Program-made: the position numbers and the translations under genes
The notes under the pieces: model-generated
The model's database searches: none
The model's input: the letters and a program-made list of their open reading frames with translations, nothing else
What the model was told of the DNA's origin: nothing
Part shown: positions 33,237 through 44,330 of the stretch, piece by piece
How positions within the stretch are numbered: the first letter of the stretch is position 1
How the letters are laid out: the number at the start of each line of letters is the position of its first letter
Assembly (NCBI GenBank): GCA_963667565.1
Contig: OY763415.1
Span: 1 to 64,000, forward strand
Source of the DNA: Acholeplasmataceae bacterium
GTDB lineage: Bacteria; Bacillota_I; Bacilli_A; Acholeplasmatales; Acholeplasmataceae
Direction of reading: 5' to 3'
Length of the DNA: 64,000 nucleotides

Positions 33237-33586
33237 AAGCCTAGAACCGTGGATAAACCCATGATTTCATGGCTTTTTTTATCTTATTTAAGACATGGTG
33301 AATATAGAAGACTAGTTTAAATTCAATCGCATTGATGAAGACATTGAGCTTATGATATGTGTGTTTTAATGATGATTGCAAAACATCATTAAAGATGTAT
33401 TTAGGTCACAATTTTATGGTGTCATGAGGTTTTCATTAAAGTAATTTTTTGTTATATTTATAAATATTTATTCAAACACGAACTAAATTCCTCGTGTTTT
33501 TTATTTTATATGAATAAAAATCATTAAAAAACCAATAAAAATGAACAATAAACAGTATATAAGATAAACGTACTGGAGGTTTTGAC

Positions 33587-34993
33587 ATGTTAAAAAGATC
33601 ATGGATTAGCGTTTATAAAAACAAGGGTAGAACCATTATTTTATCGGTTTTACTATTTGTCATCGCTAATTTAGTTTTATCAAGTATTACGATTAAAGCA
33701 GCAACCGAAGAAGCGATGGATTTAGCTAGAATTTCTTTAGGTGCTGAAATTACACTTACGACCAATCGGACAGAAGTGATTGATTTTATTAGAAGCTATC
33801 GAGATGAATTTGGTGAAAGACCATCTAGTGATGTCATCAATAGTATGTTGCTTCCCATATCTTCTGATATTGCATATGATTTAGCAAGTAGTCCTTATGT
33901 GCTAGATTTTAATCTAAGCACATCGTTAAACGCAGATGCAAGTGATTTTTATGCATTAAGTTCTACAGAGGCATTAGATGAATCTGGGGCAACTAAAGTG
34001 AATTTGACAGGTACTTATAACCCATTACTCTTAGACCAATTTGGTGAATATGGAACGTATGAACTCACACCGTTGAGTTCAACTTTTGGTGGAGATGATC
34101 AAGATGTTGTTATCATTTCAGAAAATCTCGCATATCTTAATCAAATTTTGATAGGCGATACAATCACGATTTCTAATACAGATGCACTCACACAAACCAC
34201 ATACACTCAAACACTCACCGTTATTGGCCTATTTAACGACACATCAGTGATTACCTCATCGTCATCAAAAATTTCAGATAATGAAATGTTTATCCCACTT
34301 ACTAATTTATTAGGACTAGAAGGATTAACAACTGATGATGCATTTACAGTAACACTTGCTAAGTATTATTTAGATGACCCATTAAATATTGATTTATTTG
34401 TTAGTGATGCAACAAACACTTATGAAGAAATCAGTAGCGGTTCATTAACATTTAATGATGTGAGTTATGACGCAGTGATTGAACCTATTCAAAATGTTCA
34501 AGATTTTGCAGATATCTTTTTGATTTCGGTATCTATTGGAGCAATCATCATCTTATCACTTGTTATTTTTAACACATTAAAAGATAGAAAATACGAAATA
34601 GGTGTTTTATTATCGTTAGGTGAAGATAAACTCAAAATCATCTTCCAATATATCTTTGAGATTGTCTTAGTCGCTACACTTGTATTCTCACTTTCATCAG
34701 TATCATCTAATTTCATTAGTGATTATGTAGGTAATACACTGATTCAAAGTGAAATTACACAATTAGAAACGGATCAAACTGAGACAACAACATCATCAAA
34801 AGGTGGAGGAAGTGTAACCATGGTTGCACTTGAAAACATTGAATATGTGGATGAACTTAATGTGTCTGTAACGATTCAAGATTTTACAATGACATTAGGT
34901 ATTGGATTTATCATCATTATTTTATCAAGTGCAATTCCAAGCATCTACATTACAAGATACAATCCAAAGACTATATTGTCTTCAAGAAACTAG
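33587..34993 (+). CDS. FtsX/MacB-like ABC permease
   Basis: KGRTII, large extracytoplasmic loop, DRKYEIGVLLSLGE, PKTIL. Confidence 0.9.
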   Translation: MLKRSWISVYKNKGRTIILSVLLFVIANLVLSSITIKAATEEAMDLARISLGAEITLTTNRTEVIDFIRSYRDEFGERPSSDVINSMLLPISSDIAYDLASSPYVLDFNLSTSLNADASDFYALSSTEALDESGATKVNLTGTYNPLLLDQFGEYGTYELTPLSSTFGGDDQDVVIISENLAYLNQILIGDTITISNTDALTQTTYTQTLTVIGLFNDTSVITSSSSKISDNEMFIPLTNLLGLEGLTTDDAFTVTLAKYYLDDPLNIDLFVSDATNTYEEISSGSLTFNDVSYDAVIEPIQNVQDFADIFLISVSIGAIIILSLVIFNTLKDRKYEIGVLLSLGEDKLKIIFQYIFEIVLVATLVFSLSSVSSNFISDYVGNTLIQSEITQLETDQTETTTSSKGGGSVTMVALENIEYVDELNVSVTIQDFTMTLGIGFIIIILSSAIPSIYITRYNPKTILSSRN

Positions 34994-35003
34994 GAGGGAT
35001 GTC

Positions 35004-35711
35004 ATGAACGAACTATTAACAGTAAACAATTTATATCATAGATATCAAGATGGATCTAAGACAAGAGCGGTATTAAAAGATGTTAATTTAACATTTGAAA
35101 CTGGAAAAATGTATGCGATTGTTGGGTCTTCAGGATCTGGAAAAACAACATTATTATCACTGATTGGTGGACTTGATGATGTTCAAGAAGGAGATATTAT
35201 CTATGACGGACAATCACTTAAAAAAATTGGATTAACCAATTATAGAAAAAACAATGTCAATATTATTTTTCAATCATATAATTTAATCAAATATATGAAT
35301 GCTATTCAAAATGTTGTAGTAGCTATGGATATCAAAAAAGTTAAAGATGTTGATAAAAAGAAAAAAGCGTTGGATATATTAAATGAATTAGGTATTGATG
35401 ATGATACCGCTAAAAGAGATATTTTAAAAATTAGTGGTGGTGAACAACAAAGAGTTGCGATTGCAAGAGCACTTGCACATAATTCAAGCTTAATCATGGC
35501 AGATGAGCCTACAGGTAATCTTGATGATGAAACCGAAGAAGAAATCATTGATATCTTTAAAAAATTAGCTAAAGAGGGTAAATGCGTCATTATTGTTACA
35601 CACTCATCAAGTGTGGCAAAACAAGCTGATGTCATTTATGCCATTACTAAAGGTAAAATAGAGAAAGTTGATCCACAAGTGATCACTGCTCCAGAGCTCA
35701 TTTTATCTTAA
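35004..35711 (+). CDS. ABC ATP-binding protein (LolD/MacB type)
   Basis: GSSGSGKT, ISGGEQQR, MADEPTGNLD; RBS ggaggg before ATG 35004. Confidence 0.93.
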   Translation: MNELLTVNNLYHRYQDGSKTRAVLKDVNLTFETGKMYAIVGSSGSGKTTLLSLIGGLDDVQEGDIIYDGQSLKKIGLTNYRKNNVNIIFQSYNLIKYMNAIQNVVVAMDIKKVKDVDKKKKALDILNELGIDDDTAKRDILKISGGEQQRVAIARALAHNSSLIMADEPTGNLDDETEEEIIDIFKKLAKEGKCVIIVTHSSSVAKQADVIYAITKGKIEKVDPQVITAPELILS

Positions 35712-35850
35712 TAAAAACCATTAAAAATCTATGTAGATGAGAGAGACTACATAGATTTTTAATTTATGAATTATCTAAGATTATATGATTTTTACGAATT
35801 TAAGGTTCGGTTCATATCATCAATTTAAACACTACATTAAATGAGGAGAA

Positions 35851-37734
35851 ATGCCCATGGCTTCGTTGTTAAGAATTGCTAATATTGAGAAAAGTTATTA
35901 TATAACAAAAACTCAAAAACAAGATGTATTAAAAGGGATTAATGCGGAATTTGATCGAGGGGAATTTGTTGCTTTACTTGGGGAATCTGGATGTGGTAAA
36001 TCAACATTAATTAATATTTTAGGTGGACTAGATAGTGAATATACTGGAAGTGTCGTTGTTAAAGGACAGTTTTTAAGAGACTTCAATCAAAAGGAAATGG
36101 ATGATTATCGTAAAAAAAGAGTAGGACTCATCTTCCAAAACTATAACTTAATTAGTCATATGACGATATTAGAAAATGTTGATATATCCATGCAAATGAG
36201 TGATATTGAAGAAAAGACGAGACATGAAAGAGCTATGGATTTACTCAATCTTGTAGGATTATCTGATCATGCTCAAAAACTACCATCACAATTATCAGGT
36301 GGACAAAAACAAAGAGTAGCAATTGCTAGAGCACTTGCAAACAATCCATCGATTCTCTTAGCAGATGAACCTACGGGTGCACTTGATAAAGAGTCTGCAG
36401 ATATTATTTTACAAATATTAAAAAAGATCGTTGAATCAGGAAAATTAGTCATTATCGTAACACATAGTGAACTTGTCGCAAGCCACTGTAGCCGCATTGT
36501 CAAAATCGATGACGGTATTATTATCTCTGATGAAAGTAAGTATAAATTAAACGTTAAAGATAAATACGAGAAAGTCATTATGCCTAAACCTATTAAGACT
36601 AAGGATTTATCTAAATTATCACTTAGAAATCTCATCCAAACAAGAAGTAGGAGCTTACTTGTTTCTATTGGTATGTCCATTGGGATTGCTGCTGTTGTGA
36701 TTATCTTGGCGTTAGGTAAGGGACTCACGGATTATGTCACTGAGGTCTATGCTGATAATTTGCAATCTACGCAAATCACTGTAACACAAGATGATTATGA
36801 AGATTTTACATCAACTCAAATCGCAACAATTGATGATTTAGAAGGTGTAATAGATGTGATCTCATCATATATGATTACAACAGCAAGATATTCATATGGT
36901 GATGTTGTTGATGATAATGTTGGTAAATTAAGTGCATTCTATGATGATTTTTATCCAACAATAATTTATGGTGTGATGGGTGATGAAGGAACAATGATGA
37001 TTAATGAATCATTTGCAACTGCATTATCAGAAGATAGTATATTAGGTGCGATAGGTACTGATGTCACGATATCATATGGAACAAAAGATTATACGTTTAC
37101 GATTACAGGTATTTATGATGATCAATCCGCAGGAAGTGCTAAATATAATGCTTTAATCACAAGTGATGACTTAGATTTATATGCAACGCCTTATGAACTT
37201 GATGAAAATATTTTATATATTTCACTTAGTGACGTAACATATATTGAACCAGTTCTTGATGATTTGTCTCATTTAGGATTTGAAACATATCAAGATGATA
37301 GTTCTGCACAAACAGTGTTAAATTATATCAATTTAGGTACTAAGGTATTAACTGGAGTCGGTGCGATTTCTATGGTAGTTGCTGCTATCATGATTTTCAT
37401 CGTATTATATATAAGTATTGTTGAAAGAACAAAAGAAATTGGGATTTTGCGTGCAATTGGCGCTCAAAAGAAAGACATCAGAAGGATGTTTATCTTTGAA
37501 GCTGCTATGCTTGGTGTCGCAGGCGGTATCATCGGAACTGTGTTTGCAATCATTGTCACAATTTTAACCAATAGCATCACAAACTTATCACTACAAACAA
37601 CATTAATAAGTTATAATGTTTTCTATTATGTGATGGGCATTTTATTAAGTGTTTTTGTGAGCGTACTAGCGGGTATATCCCCCTCCATTAAGGCATCAGA
37701 TCTTGATCCTGTTGAAGCACTACGTTATGAGTGA
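35851..37734 (+). CDS. MacB-like fused ATPase/permease
   Basis: GESGCGKST, LSGGQKQR, ERTKEIGILRAIGA, LDPVEALRYE. Confidence 0.93.
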   Translation: MPMASLLRIANIEKSYYITKTQKQDVLKGINAEFDRGEFVALLGESGCGKSTLINILGGLDSEYTGSVVVKGQFLRDFNQKEMDDYRKKRVGLIFQNYNLISHMTILENVDISMQMSDIEEKTRHERAMDLLNLVGLSDHAQKLPSQLSGGQKQRVAIARALANNPSILLADEPTGALDKESADIILQILKKIVESGKLVIIVTHSELVASHCSRIVKIDDGIIISDESKYKLNVKDKYEKVIMPKPIKTKDLSKLSLRNLIQTRSRSLLVSIGMSIGIAAVVIILALGKGLTDYVTEVYADNLQSTQITVTQDDYEDFTSTQIATIDDLEGVIDVISSYMITTARYSYGDVVDDNVGKLSAFYDDFYPTIIYGVMGDEGTMMINESFATALSEDSILGAIGTDVTISYGTKDYTFTITGIYDDQSAGSAKYNALITSDDLDLYATPYELDENILYISLSDVTYIEPVLDDLSHLGFETYQDDSSAQTVLNYINLGTKVLTGVGAISMVVAAIMIFIVLYISIVERTKEIGILRAIGAQKKDIRRMFIFEAAMLGVAGGIIGTVFAIIVTILTNSITNLSLQTTLISYNVFYYVMGILLSVFVSVLAGISPSIKASDLDPVEALRYE

Positions 37735-37743
37735 TGGTGATCA

Positions 37744-38589
37744 TTGATGGGACAAAGACTAACAAAAAGACAAAAAATACAAAAAAAACAAACCAAAAAA
37801 GCACGCAAAATTAGACAACTAGAAAAAATGGATGCGAAAGGGATCAGTAGAAAAAGATGGAGATTTAAATACTCACCAGATAAATTCATAAAAATAAAAG
37901 CAATTTTAATCATACTTATTCCAATCATCTATTTCATATATTCACCATTGTTGGTTGTTGTAATGATTTTATATATTGCAATGTTTTATTTAGCGATTGC
38001 TACTGAAAGAACGCTTAATAAAAGTGTGATTAAAAGTAATCATATTAAAATTCCAAAATTTGATAGTGCTATTGCGCTTGTTTTAGTCACTATTGCATTT
38101 TTAGGTTCAATTTTTGGATTAAGTGATGGGAAGATGGGAAGATTTGCCAATACACTATGGACAAAATTTTTATCCAGCTTAAAGAATTTTGGATCTTTAC
38201 TTACGGGTAAACGGACTTTAATAGGGGGTAAGAAAATATTTTTATTTGGAACTGCACCAACACCACCAGATGGCTTTATCGCTTCTGCATCTGATTTTCA
38301 AAATTTGATGGGAGGTATACCACAAGGCGGTGGAGGAAGACTAGATTTCAATCTTGATATGACAAATATACCCATTGAATTTATGTTTTCTCAAATATTA
38401 TCTACAGTACAAACAACGCTTGTATTTACAGTGATTGGTGTTGGCATATTTTCTATTTGGCTAACGCATAAAAAAATTAAGAAGTTCGAAATTGAAATCA
38501 ATGAAATCATCTCTGATGGGCATATCAAACTCATTAATGATGAAGATTTGAATAGAATCATTTCTTTTGGTATTGAAGAAGCCATTTAA
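37744..38589 (+). CDS. Hypothetical membrane protein
   Basis: Very basic N-terminus, 4 TM, Gly/Pro-rich loop; directly after the MacB-like gene. Confidence 0.7.
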   Translation: MMGQRLTKRQKIQKKQTKKARKIRQLEKMDAKGISRKRWRFKYSPDKFIKIKAILIILIPIIYFIYSPLLVVVMILYIAMFYLAIATERTLNKSVIKSNHIKIPKFDSAIALVLVTIAFLGSIFGLSDGKMGRFANTLWTKFLSSLKNFGSLLTGKRTLIGGKKIFLFGTAPTPPDGFIASASDFQNLMGGIPQGGGGRLDFNLDMTNIPIEFMFSQILSTVQTTLVFTVIGVGIFSIWLTHKKIKKFEIEINEIISDGHIKLINDEDLNRIISFGIEEAI

Positions 38590-38689
38590 TTTTTTAATTT
38601 AATAAATTAAATATCACCCTTTTGTGGTGATTTTTAATGAAAATATAATATAATAAGAGTATGCTAAAACATATTTTAGGTGAAACCTT

Positions 38690-40354
38690 GTGAAAAAATT
38701 TCAAAATATACAACCTTATGTATTTTTAATTCTTACAATAGTTCTTATTGTATTTTTTGGTATATATTTTTCAGATAAAACGAATTCATCTATTGCATTA
38801 GAAAAAAGCGAATATAAATATCTAAATACTGGCTGGTATGTTTTAGATGATCAGGATCAAGTCGTCTATCTTGATGAATTTCCTATTTTAGACTATCCAA
38901 ATTCTAAAGATGAGATTACCATCTATCACATATTAGATGATGATTTTAAATCACAACAAACCATTTTAATAAGAACATCTCTTCAAGATGTCATTGTTTA
39001 TTTAGATGGTGAAGCCATCTATCAACATCTCACGGATGATTCAAAAAATCTACCATTAGCATCGTTATGGCATATGATTGACTTAAACGAAGACTCAGAT
39101 GGAAAAGTATTATCAATTACATATCATTCACCTTATGAACGATTTAATGGATACTTTAATCAGGTTGTATATGGTTCACCAGGAGATCTGCAATCATATT
39201 TGCTTGATACGTTTGGTTACCGACTTTTAATTGGATTAATCCTTTTTGTCACAGGACTCATGTTAATGATTATCAATCAATTTGTTGATAAAAAACATTC
39301 AACAGGTCGTGTTTATTTGGCAATGACCATTATGGTTGTTTCTGTGTGGATTATGATGGAATCTAAGATTGTTCAATTATATGTGCCATCCGAAGTTCTC
39401 ATTGGTAGTCTAGCTTACACTTCAATTGCAGCTATGGGATTGCCACTTGTTGCCTATATCAGGCAGCAAGTATCAGTAAAATTTAAGAAAGTTTATTTTG
39501 GTATGGCAATCTATTTCTCACTTCAATTTATAGCCATCATTGTGTTGCAAGCAACCGGAATTTATTCTTTTTATCAGACACTTTGGTTTGTTCAACTCTC
39601 CCTTGTCCTTAGTATCCTTTTAACACTTTTACTCATGTTTATTGAGTATTATAAATATCACAATAATCAATCAGTTAAGTTTTTAAAACATTTTATGGTG
39701 GTTATTTTATTTGCAGCGATTGAATTATTGAACTATTACTTTAGTGATTTTGGATTTACATCCGTCTATGGTGTATTTATCATGACAGCGTATTTACTCG
39801 TCATGCTCGTTAAATATGTCTTTGATATTCAGTATCGTTATCGCCTTAGTTATCAGTTAGAAGTTGTCAATCAGCTAGTTTATATCGATGCGCTTACTGG
39901 TGGTAAAAATAGATATGCATTTGAAACAGATTTCGAAAAAGATTTTGGAAATCAAAATGTCAATCATCAGTTAAGACTAGTTATCTTTGACTTTGATAAT
40001 TTCAAAGAGATCAATGATAACTTTGGTCATATTGAAGGTGATGAAACTTTAAAAACAGGTCTAAAAATTATTAAAGCATCTTTTGGAAAGTATGGAGAAT
40101 GTTATCGTTTAGGTGGAGACGAATTCGCATGTATCATGCATACAAACGATAAAAAAATCTATGCAGAATGTGTACAAGATTTAGATATTGCACTACACAA
40201 TGCTTTTGAAGCATCAACATATATGTTAGAAATTTCTATGGGATCTTCTATATTTGCATCTGGTAAATATGAAAAACCTAGTGATATGTTTAGACATGCT
40301 GATGAGTCAATGTATCAAAATAAACGTGACAAAAAATCAGATCAAAAGGAGTAA
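38690..40354 (+). CDS. Diguanylate cyclase with extracellular sensor and about 7 TM (7TMR-DISM-like)
   Basis: DALTGGKNR, DFDNFKEINDNFGHIEGD, YRLGGDEF, ADESMY. Confidence 0.9.
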   Translation: MKKFQNIQPYVFLILTIVLIVFFGIYFSDKTNSSIALEKSEYKYLNTGWYVLDDQDQVVYLDEFPILDYPNSKDEITIYHILDDDFKSQQTILIRTSLQDVIVYLDGEAIYQHLTDDSKNLPLASLWHMIDLNEDSDGKVLSITYHSPYERFNGYFNQVVYGSPGDLQSYLLDTFGYRLLIGLILFVTGLMLMIINQFVDKKHSTGRVYLAMTIMVVSVWIMMESKIVQLYVPSEVLIGSLAYTSIAAMGLPLVAYIRQQVSVKFKKVYFGMAIYFSLQFIAIIVLQATGIYSFYQTLWFVQLSLVLSILLTLLLMFIEYYKYHNNQSVKFLKHFMVVILFAAIELLNYYFSDFGFTSVYGVFIMTAYLLVMLVKYVFDIQYRYRLSYQLEVVNQLVYIDALTGGKNRYAFETDFEKDFGNQNVNHQLRLVIFDFDNFKEINDNFGHIEGDETLKTGLKIIKASFGKYGECYRLGGDEFACIMHTNDKKIYAECVQDLDIALHNAFEASTYMLEISMGSSIFASGKYEKPSDMFRHADESMYQNKRDKKSDQKE

Positions 40355-40358
40355 ACAT

Positions 40359-40757
40359 ATGGAAAAACAAGTTAAAATGAAATTAAGTATTTATGCAGTT
40401 GATAAAATGTCTTTTATGTTAAATAAATCATTTAAATCAACACCAGGCGAAAAGATCCAGATAAAACCTATTTTTAATCGTGAGATTACTAAACTTGATC
40501 CAAATCGAATGATGTTAACCGTAAGTGTATCTTTAAATAATTTAGAAAAAGAAATTCCATTTTATTTAGATGTTCAAATTTCAGGTGTCTTTGAGTCGCC
40601 TGATTGGGAAGATCCTGAGACGAATCAATTTATCATTACGAATGCGACAAATGTCTTATATCCTTATTTAAGAACGATTGTCACAACACTGACGGCTAAT
40701 GGCAATGTACCACCATATATCTTACCAATAGTTAATGTTGAAGCGTTATTTCATTAA
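40359..40757 (+). CDS. SecB-like chaperone
   Basis: PFYLDVQISGVF, NATNVLYPYLRTIVTTLTANGNVPPYILPIVN (SecB C-terminal signature); RBS aaggag. Confidence 0.85.
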   Translation: MEKQVKMKLSIYAVDKMSFMLNKSFKSTPGEKIQIKPIFNREITKLDPNRMMLTVSVSLNNLEKEIPFYLDVQISGVFESPDWEDPETNQFIITNATNVLYPYLRTIVTTLTANGNVPPYILPIVNVEALFH

Positions 40758-40831
40758 TCACAATAAAAAGAAAAAGTACTTATAAAAGCACTTTTTCTTT
40801 TTTTTAGGAGAGAGAGAAAAAATATATAAAA

Positions 40832-41749
40832 TTAAGATGCTACTTGATAAGTGATGTTTAAATTTTGACTATCAATGTAGTTCATCATAACATAACTAGG
40901 AATTGCGTAACCGAGATTTTCTGTACCTTCAGCAACCACTTTAAATGAAATGATACCAACGACATATCCATATTTATTAAGTAATGGGCCACCGGAATTA
41001 CCAGAATTAACGGCTGTATCGGTTTGAATAGCTTCAACGACTGTTCCATTGTCATCAAAATATCTAAGCGGAGCTGATACAACACCTGATGATACGGATA
41101 ATCCATATCCATTTGCATTACCAACTGCAATGACTGGTTCCCCATAAAATAACTTTATAGCATCTGTTGTATTATATAAAGATGAATCCGGATCAGTTAA
41201 ATCATAAAAAGTTAAATATTGTAAGTTGTCTATTAAGGTAGGGTCTACTTTAATGATGGCTAAATCAAGTGATTGATCATAAGTGATGATATCTGCAGGA
41301 AAAGTTGTATTAGAATCAGCATAATTGATTTTCACATCAACACTGTCATATGTAAAGTTTGATAAACTTTCATCATCTTCTAAAGTAACAACATGTGCGT
41401 TAGTCATTAAATATCCATCAGCATTAATGAAAAATGCTGTTGCCAGTGATTCAGCAGAACCACTAACTGTTTTTGAACTACTTCCAAATGGTGTGTATAC
41501 CACTTGTGTATATGAATATTCAAAATCGACTGTAACCTCTACAGTTGATGATAATGCAATAGCTGCATTAACAACTGTATCATTTCCTGAATCAGAGATG
41601 TAGGCATCAAAAGTATTTGTATCAAGACCATAAGTCACATCAATCGTCTTATTCGTTATAGCATTTATGGTGTCTGCTATTGAACTACATCCAACAAGTG
41701 ATAGCGATATGCCTATAAAAGTAACAACAATGAATAATTTTCTTTTCAT
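40832..41749 (-). CDS. Trypsin-like (HtrA-type, PDZ-less) serine protease lipoprotein
   Basis: Lipobox LVGC; TNAHVV, DLAIIK and GNSGGPL catalytic triad. Confidence 0.9.
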   Translation of the reverse strand: MKRKLFIVVTFIGISLSLVGCSSIADTINAITNKTIDVTYGLDTNTFDAYISDSGNDTVVNAAIALSSTVEVTVDFEYSYTQVVYTPFGSSSKTVSGSAESLATAFFINADGYLMTNAHVVTLEDDESLSNFTYDSVDVKINYADSNTTFPADIITYDQSLDLAIIKVDPTLIDNLQYLTFYDLTDPDSSLYNTTDAIKLFYGEPVIAVGNANGYGLSVSSGVVSAPLRYFDDNGTVVEAIQTDTAVNSGNSGGPLLNKYGYVVGIISFKVVAEGTENLGYAIPSYVMMNYIDSQNLNITYQVAS

Positions 41750-41929
41750 GATTTTATACCTCAACTGATCTGATGGCTTGATTATATACCTCTTGCGTAT
41801 GGATTTAAATGATTGTGAAAAGCTTCATATATATTGACACGGTTTCCCATGATTTAACCTTAATTGCATTAAATTTTGGTAAAGTAGTGTTATAATTCTA
41901 CATAGATATAGAGATAATGAGGGATAGTC

Positions 41930-42376
41930 ATGGAAGAAAATCAAAAGAAACAATTTAAAGATAGAGAAGGATTAATTCATTTTCTTAAATTTACAGGTTT
42001 TTCTATTTCTGCAGGTGCGATACAAATTGGAAGTTATGCAGTCTTATACAGTTGGTTACAAATTAGATATTGGCCATCATATTTGACCGCATTGATCTTA
42101 TCTGTTTTATGGAATTTTACATTAAATCGAAAATTTACATTTAAATCAGCAGCAAACATACCGGTTGCGATGACAAAGGTTGCAGTTTATTATGCGATTT
42201 TTACACCACTTTCAACATGGTGGGGTGATTATTTAGTTGAGGGTTTGCACTGGCCAGGATATCTTGTTTTATTTGGAACAATGGTCATCAACTTTGTGAC
42301 TGAATTTATTTATACAAAATATTTTGTTTATCATAATCAAATCAATACAGCTGTAATTTCAAGTGTAGAAGAATAA
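41930..42376 (+). CDS. GtrA family membrane protein
   Basis: FLKFTGFS, WNFTLNRKFTF. Confidence 0.88.
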   Translation: MEENQKKQFKDREGLIHFLKFTGFSISAGAIQIGSYAVLYSWLQIRYWPSYLTALILSVLWNFTLNRKFTFKSAANIPVAMTKVAVYYAIFTPLSTWWGDYLVEGLHWPGYLVLFGTMVINFVTEFIYTKYFVYHNQINTAVISSVEE

Positions 42377-42379
42377 GAC

Positions 42380-42408
42380 TTGACAATCATTTTTGATTTT
42401 TTTATAAT
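42380..42408 (+). promoter_or_regulatory. Consensus sigma70 promoter of htpG
   Basis: TTGACA-N17-TATAAT. Confidence 0.85.
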
Positions 42409-42428
42409 GCTTAATGGGAGGCGAAATT

Positions 42429-44306
42429 ATGTCAAAAACAAAAAAATTTAAAACCGAATCGCAACAATTATTACATTTAATGACTCACTCAATTTACACA
42501 CAAAAAGAGATCTTCTTAAGAGAACTTATTTCAAATGCAAGTGATGCCATTGATAAAAGACATTACTTAAGTTTAACGCATGAAGAAGTGCCTAGCACAT
42601 CTTATGAAATATGGATTGAACCAGATAAAGAAGATCGCATGCTCATTATCAAAGATAATGGTATCGGATTTACCGAAGAAGAATTAGTTGAAAATTTAGG
42701 AACGATTGCTCAAAGTGGTTCTAAAGCATTTAGAGAAAAATTAGAACAAAAAGATGTCGATATGATTGGACAATTTGGTGTTGGGTTTTACTCAGCTTTT
42801 ATGGTTTCTAAACGTGTAGAAGTTAGAACAAAATCTCCTTTTTCAGAAAAAGGATATCTTTGGGTTTCAGAAGGTGAATCATCATATACAATTGATGAGA
42901 TTGATTTAAAAGAAATAGGTACTGAAATTACACTTGTTTTAAACGATGATGATTTAGAAAATGATGAGAACTATTCAGAGTTTTTAGAATCTTATAAAAT
43001 TGAAGATTTAGTTAAAAAATATAGTGATTATGTGCGTTATCCAATTAAAATGATGATGACAAAACAAGAAGATGGAAAAGATGTTATTGTTGAAGAAACA
43101 ATGAATCAAATGACACCAATTTGGAAACGTTCAAAATCAGAGATTACTGAAGCTGAATTAAATGATTTTTATAAACATCAATATGGAGATTATGATAATC
43201 CACTTAAAGTGATTCATTCACAAGTTGAAGGGATGATGATGTATACTGCCTTATTGTTCATTCCAAAACGTCCACCATATGATTTTTATAGTGAAAAGTA
43301 TGAAAAAGGTTTACAGTTATATTCAAAAGGTGTCTTTATCCAAGATAAGAATAAAGATTTAATTCCTGATTATTTCAAATTTGTCAAAGGATTAGTTGAT
43401 TCTGCAGATTTAAGTTTAAATATTTCAAGAGAATTATTACAACACGATAGACAACTTAAGAAAATAGCAAGTCATGTTGAAAAGAAAATTAAAAGCGAAT
43501 TAGAATTAATGTTATCAAATGAAAGAGATTTATATGTGGAATTTTATGAAGCATATAAAAATACGCTCAAATTTGGCATTTATGATCAATTTGGATTAAA
43601 TAAAGACAAACTTCAAGACTTGATCATGTTTAAAACATCAACTTCTGATGACTATGTCACATTAAAAGAATATGTGGATAGAAAACCAGAATCACAAAAA
43701 GCGATTTATTATGCAACAGGTAAACATAAGCAAAGTATCATGAATCTTCCACAAATGGATGTCATGAAAGAAAAAGGTATTGAAGTCTTATTGTTCACTG
43801 ATGAAATTGATGAATTTATGATTCAAGTATTAGGTCAATATCAAGAAGTTGTGTTTAAATCCATTCAACAAGGTGAAGCCGATTTTGTTGATGAAGAAAA
43901 GAAAGAAGATTTAAAAACAAAAGAAGAAGAGAATAAAGATATCTTAAAAGCATTATCAGAAGCATTAAAAGATAAAGTTAAAGAAGTTAAGCTTTCAGCT
44001 AGACTTAAAGATTCACCTGTTTGTTTAGTCTCTGGTGAAGGATTATCTATGGAAATGGAAAAAATCTTAAAACAAATGCCAAACCAAGGCAATGATATGA
44101 TGAAAGCTGAAAAGATATTAGAAATTAATCCAGAACATCCAATTTTTAAATCCATTTTAAAAGTATATGAAAAAGATGATACAAAAATAACGCAATATGC
44201 ATCACTTTTATATCATCAAGCAATGTTGATTGAAGGACTTCCAATCGAAGATCCTAGTGAGTTTAATCAAAATCTCGTGCAGCTTATGATTGATGCTGCT
44301 AATTAA
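42429..44306 (+). CDS. htpG: Hsp90 chaperone HtpG
   Basis: EIFLRELISNASDA, DNGIG, NLGTIAQSG, IGQFGVGFYSAF, LNISRELLQ. Confidence 0.97.
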   Translation: MSKTKKFKTESQQLLHLMTHSIYTQKEIFLRELISNASDAIDKRHYLSLTHEEVPSTSYEIWIEPDKEDRMLIIKDNGIGFTEEELVENLGTIAQSGSKAFREKLEQKDVDMIGQFGVGFYSAFMVSKRVEVRTKSPFSEKGYLWVSEGESSYTIDEIDLKEIGTEITLVLNDDDLENDENYSEFLESYKIEDLVKKYSDYVRYPIKMMMTKQEDGKDVIVEETMNQMTPIWKRSKSEITEAELNDFYKHQYGDYDNPLKVIHSQVEGMMMYTALLFIPKRPPYDFYSEKYEKGLQLYSKGVFIQDKNKDLIPDYFKFVKGLVDSADLSLNISRELLQHDRQLKKIASHVEKKIKSELELMLSNERDLYVEFYEAYKNTLKFGIYDQFGLNKDKLQDLIMFKTSTSDDYVTLKEYVDRKPESQKAIYYATGKHKQSIMNLPQMDVMKEKGIEVLLFTDEIDEFMIQVLGQYQEVVFKSIQQGEADFVDEEKKEDLKTKEEENKDILKALSEALKDKVKEVKLSARLKDSPVCLVSGEGLSMEMEKILKQMPNQGNDMMKAEKILEINPEHPIFKSILKVYEKDDTKITQYASLLYHQAMLIEGLPIEDPSEFNQNLVQLMIDAAN

Positions 44307-44329
44307 AAAAAAGCCGAAAGGCTTTTTTT
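44305..44329. terminator. Bidirectional terminator
   Basis: A tract, gcc-GAAA-ggc, T tract. Confidence 0.85.
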
Positions 44330-44330
44330 G

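Noticed and set aside
33515..35727. Shared 16-mer TAAAAA(T/C)CATTAAAAA before both ABC units (33515, 35712) as a regulator site
   Set aside because: Very low complexity in an AT-rich genome, and the second copy sits upstream of a terminator hairpin.
41833..41843. ATTGACACGGT matching half of the TetR operator
   Set aside because: The second arm is absent; plausibly chance or a -35-like hexamer.
42361..42428. CIRCE element upstream of htpG
   Set aside because: No TTAGCACTC-N9-GAGTGCTAA present.
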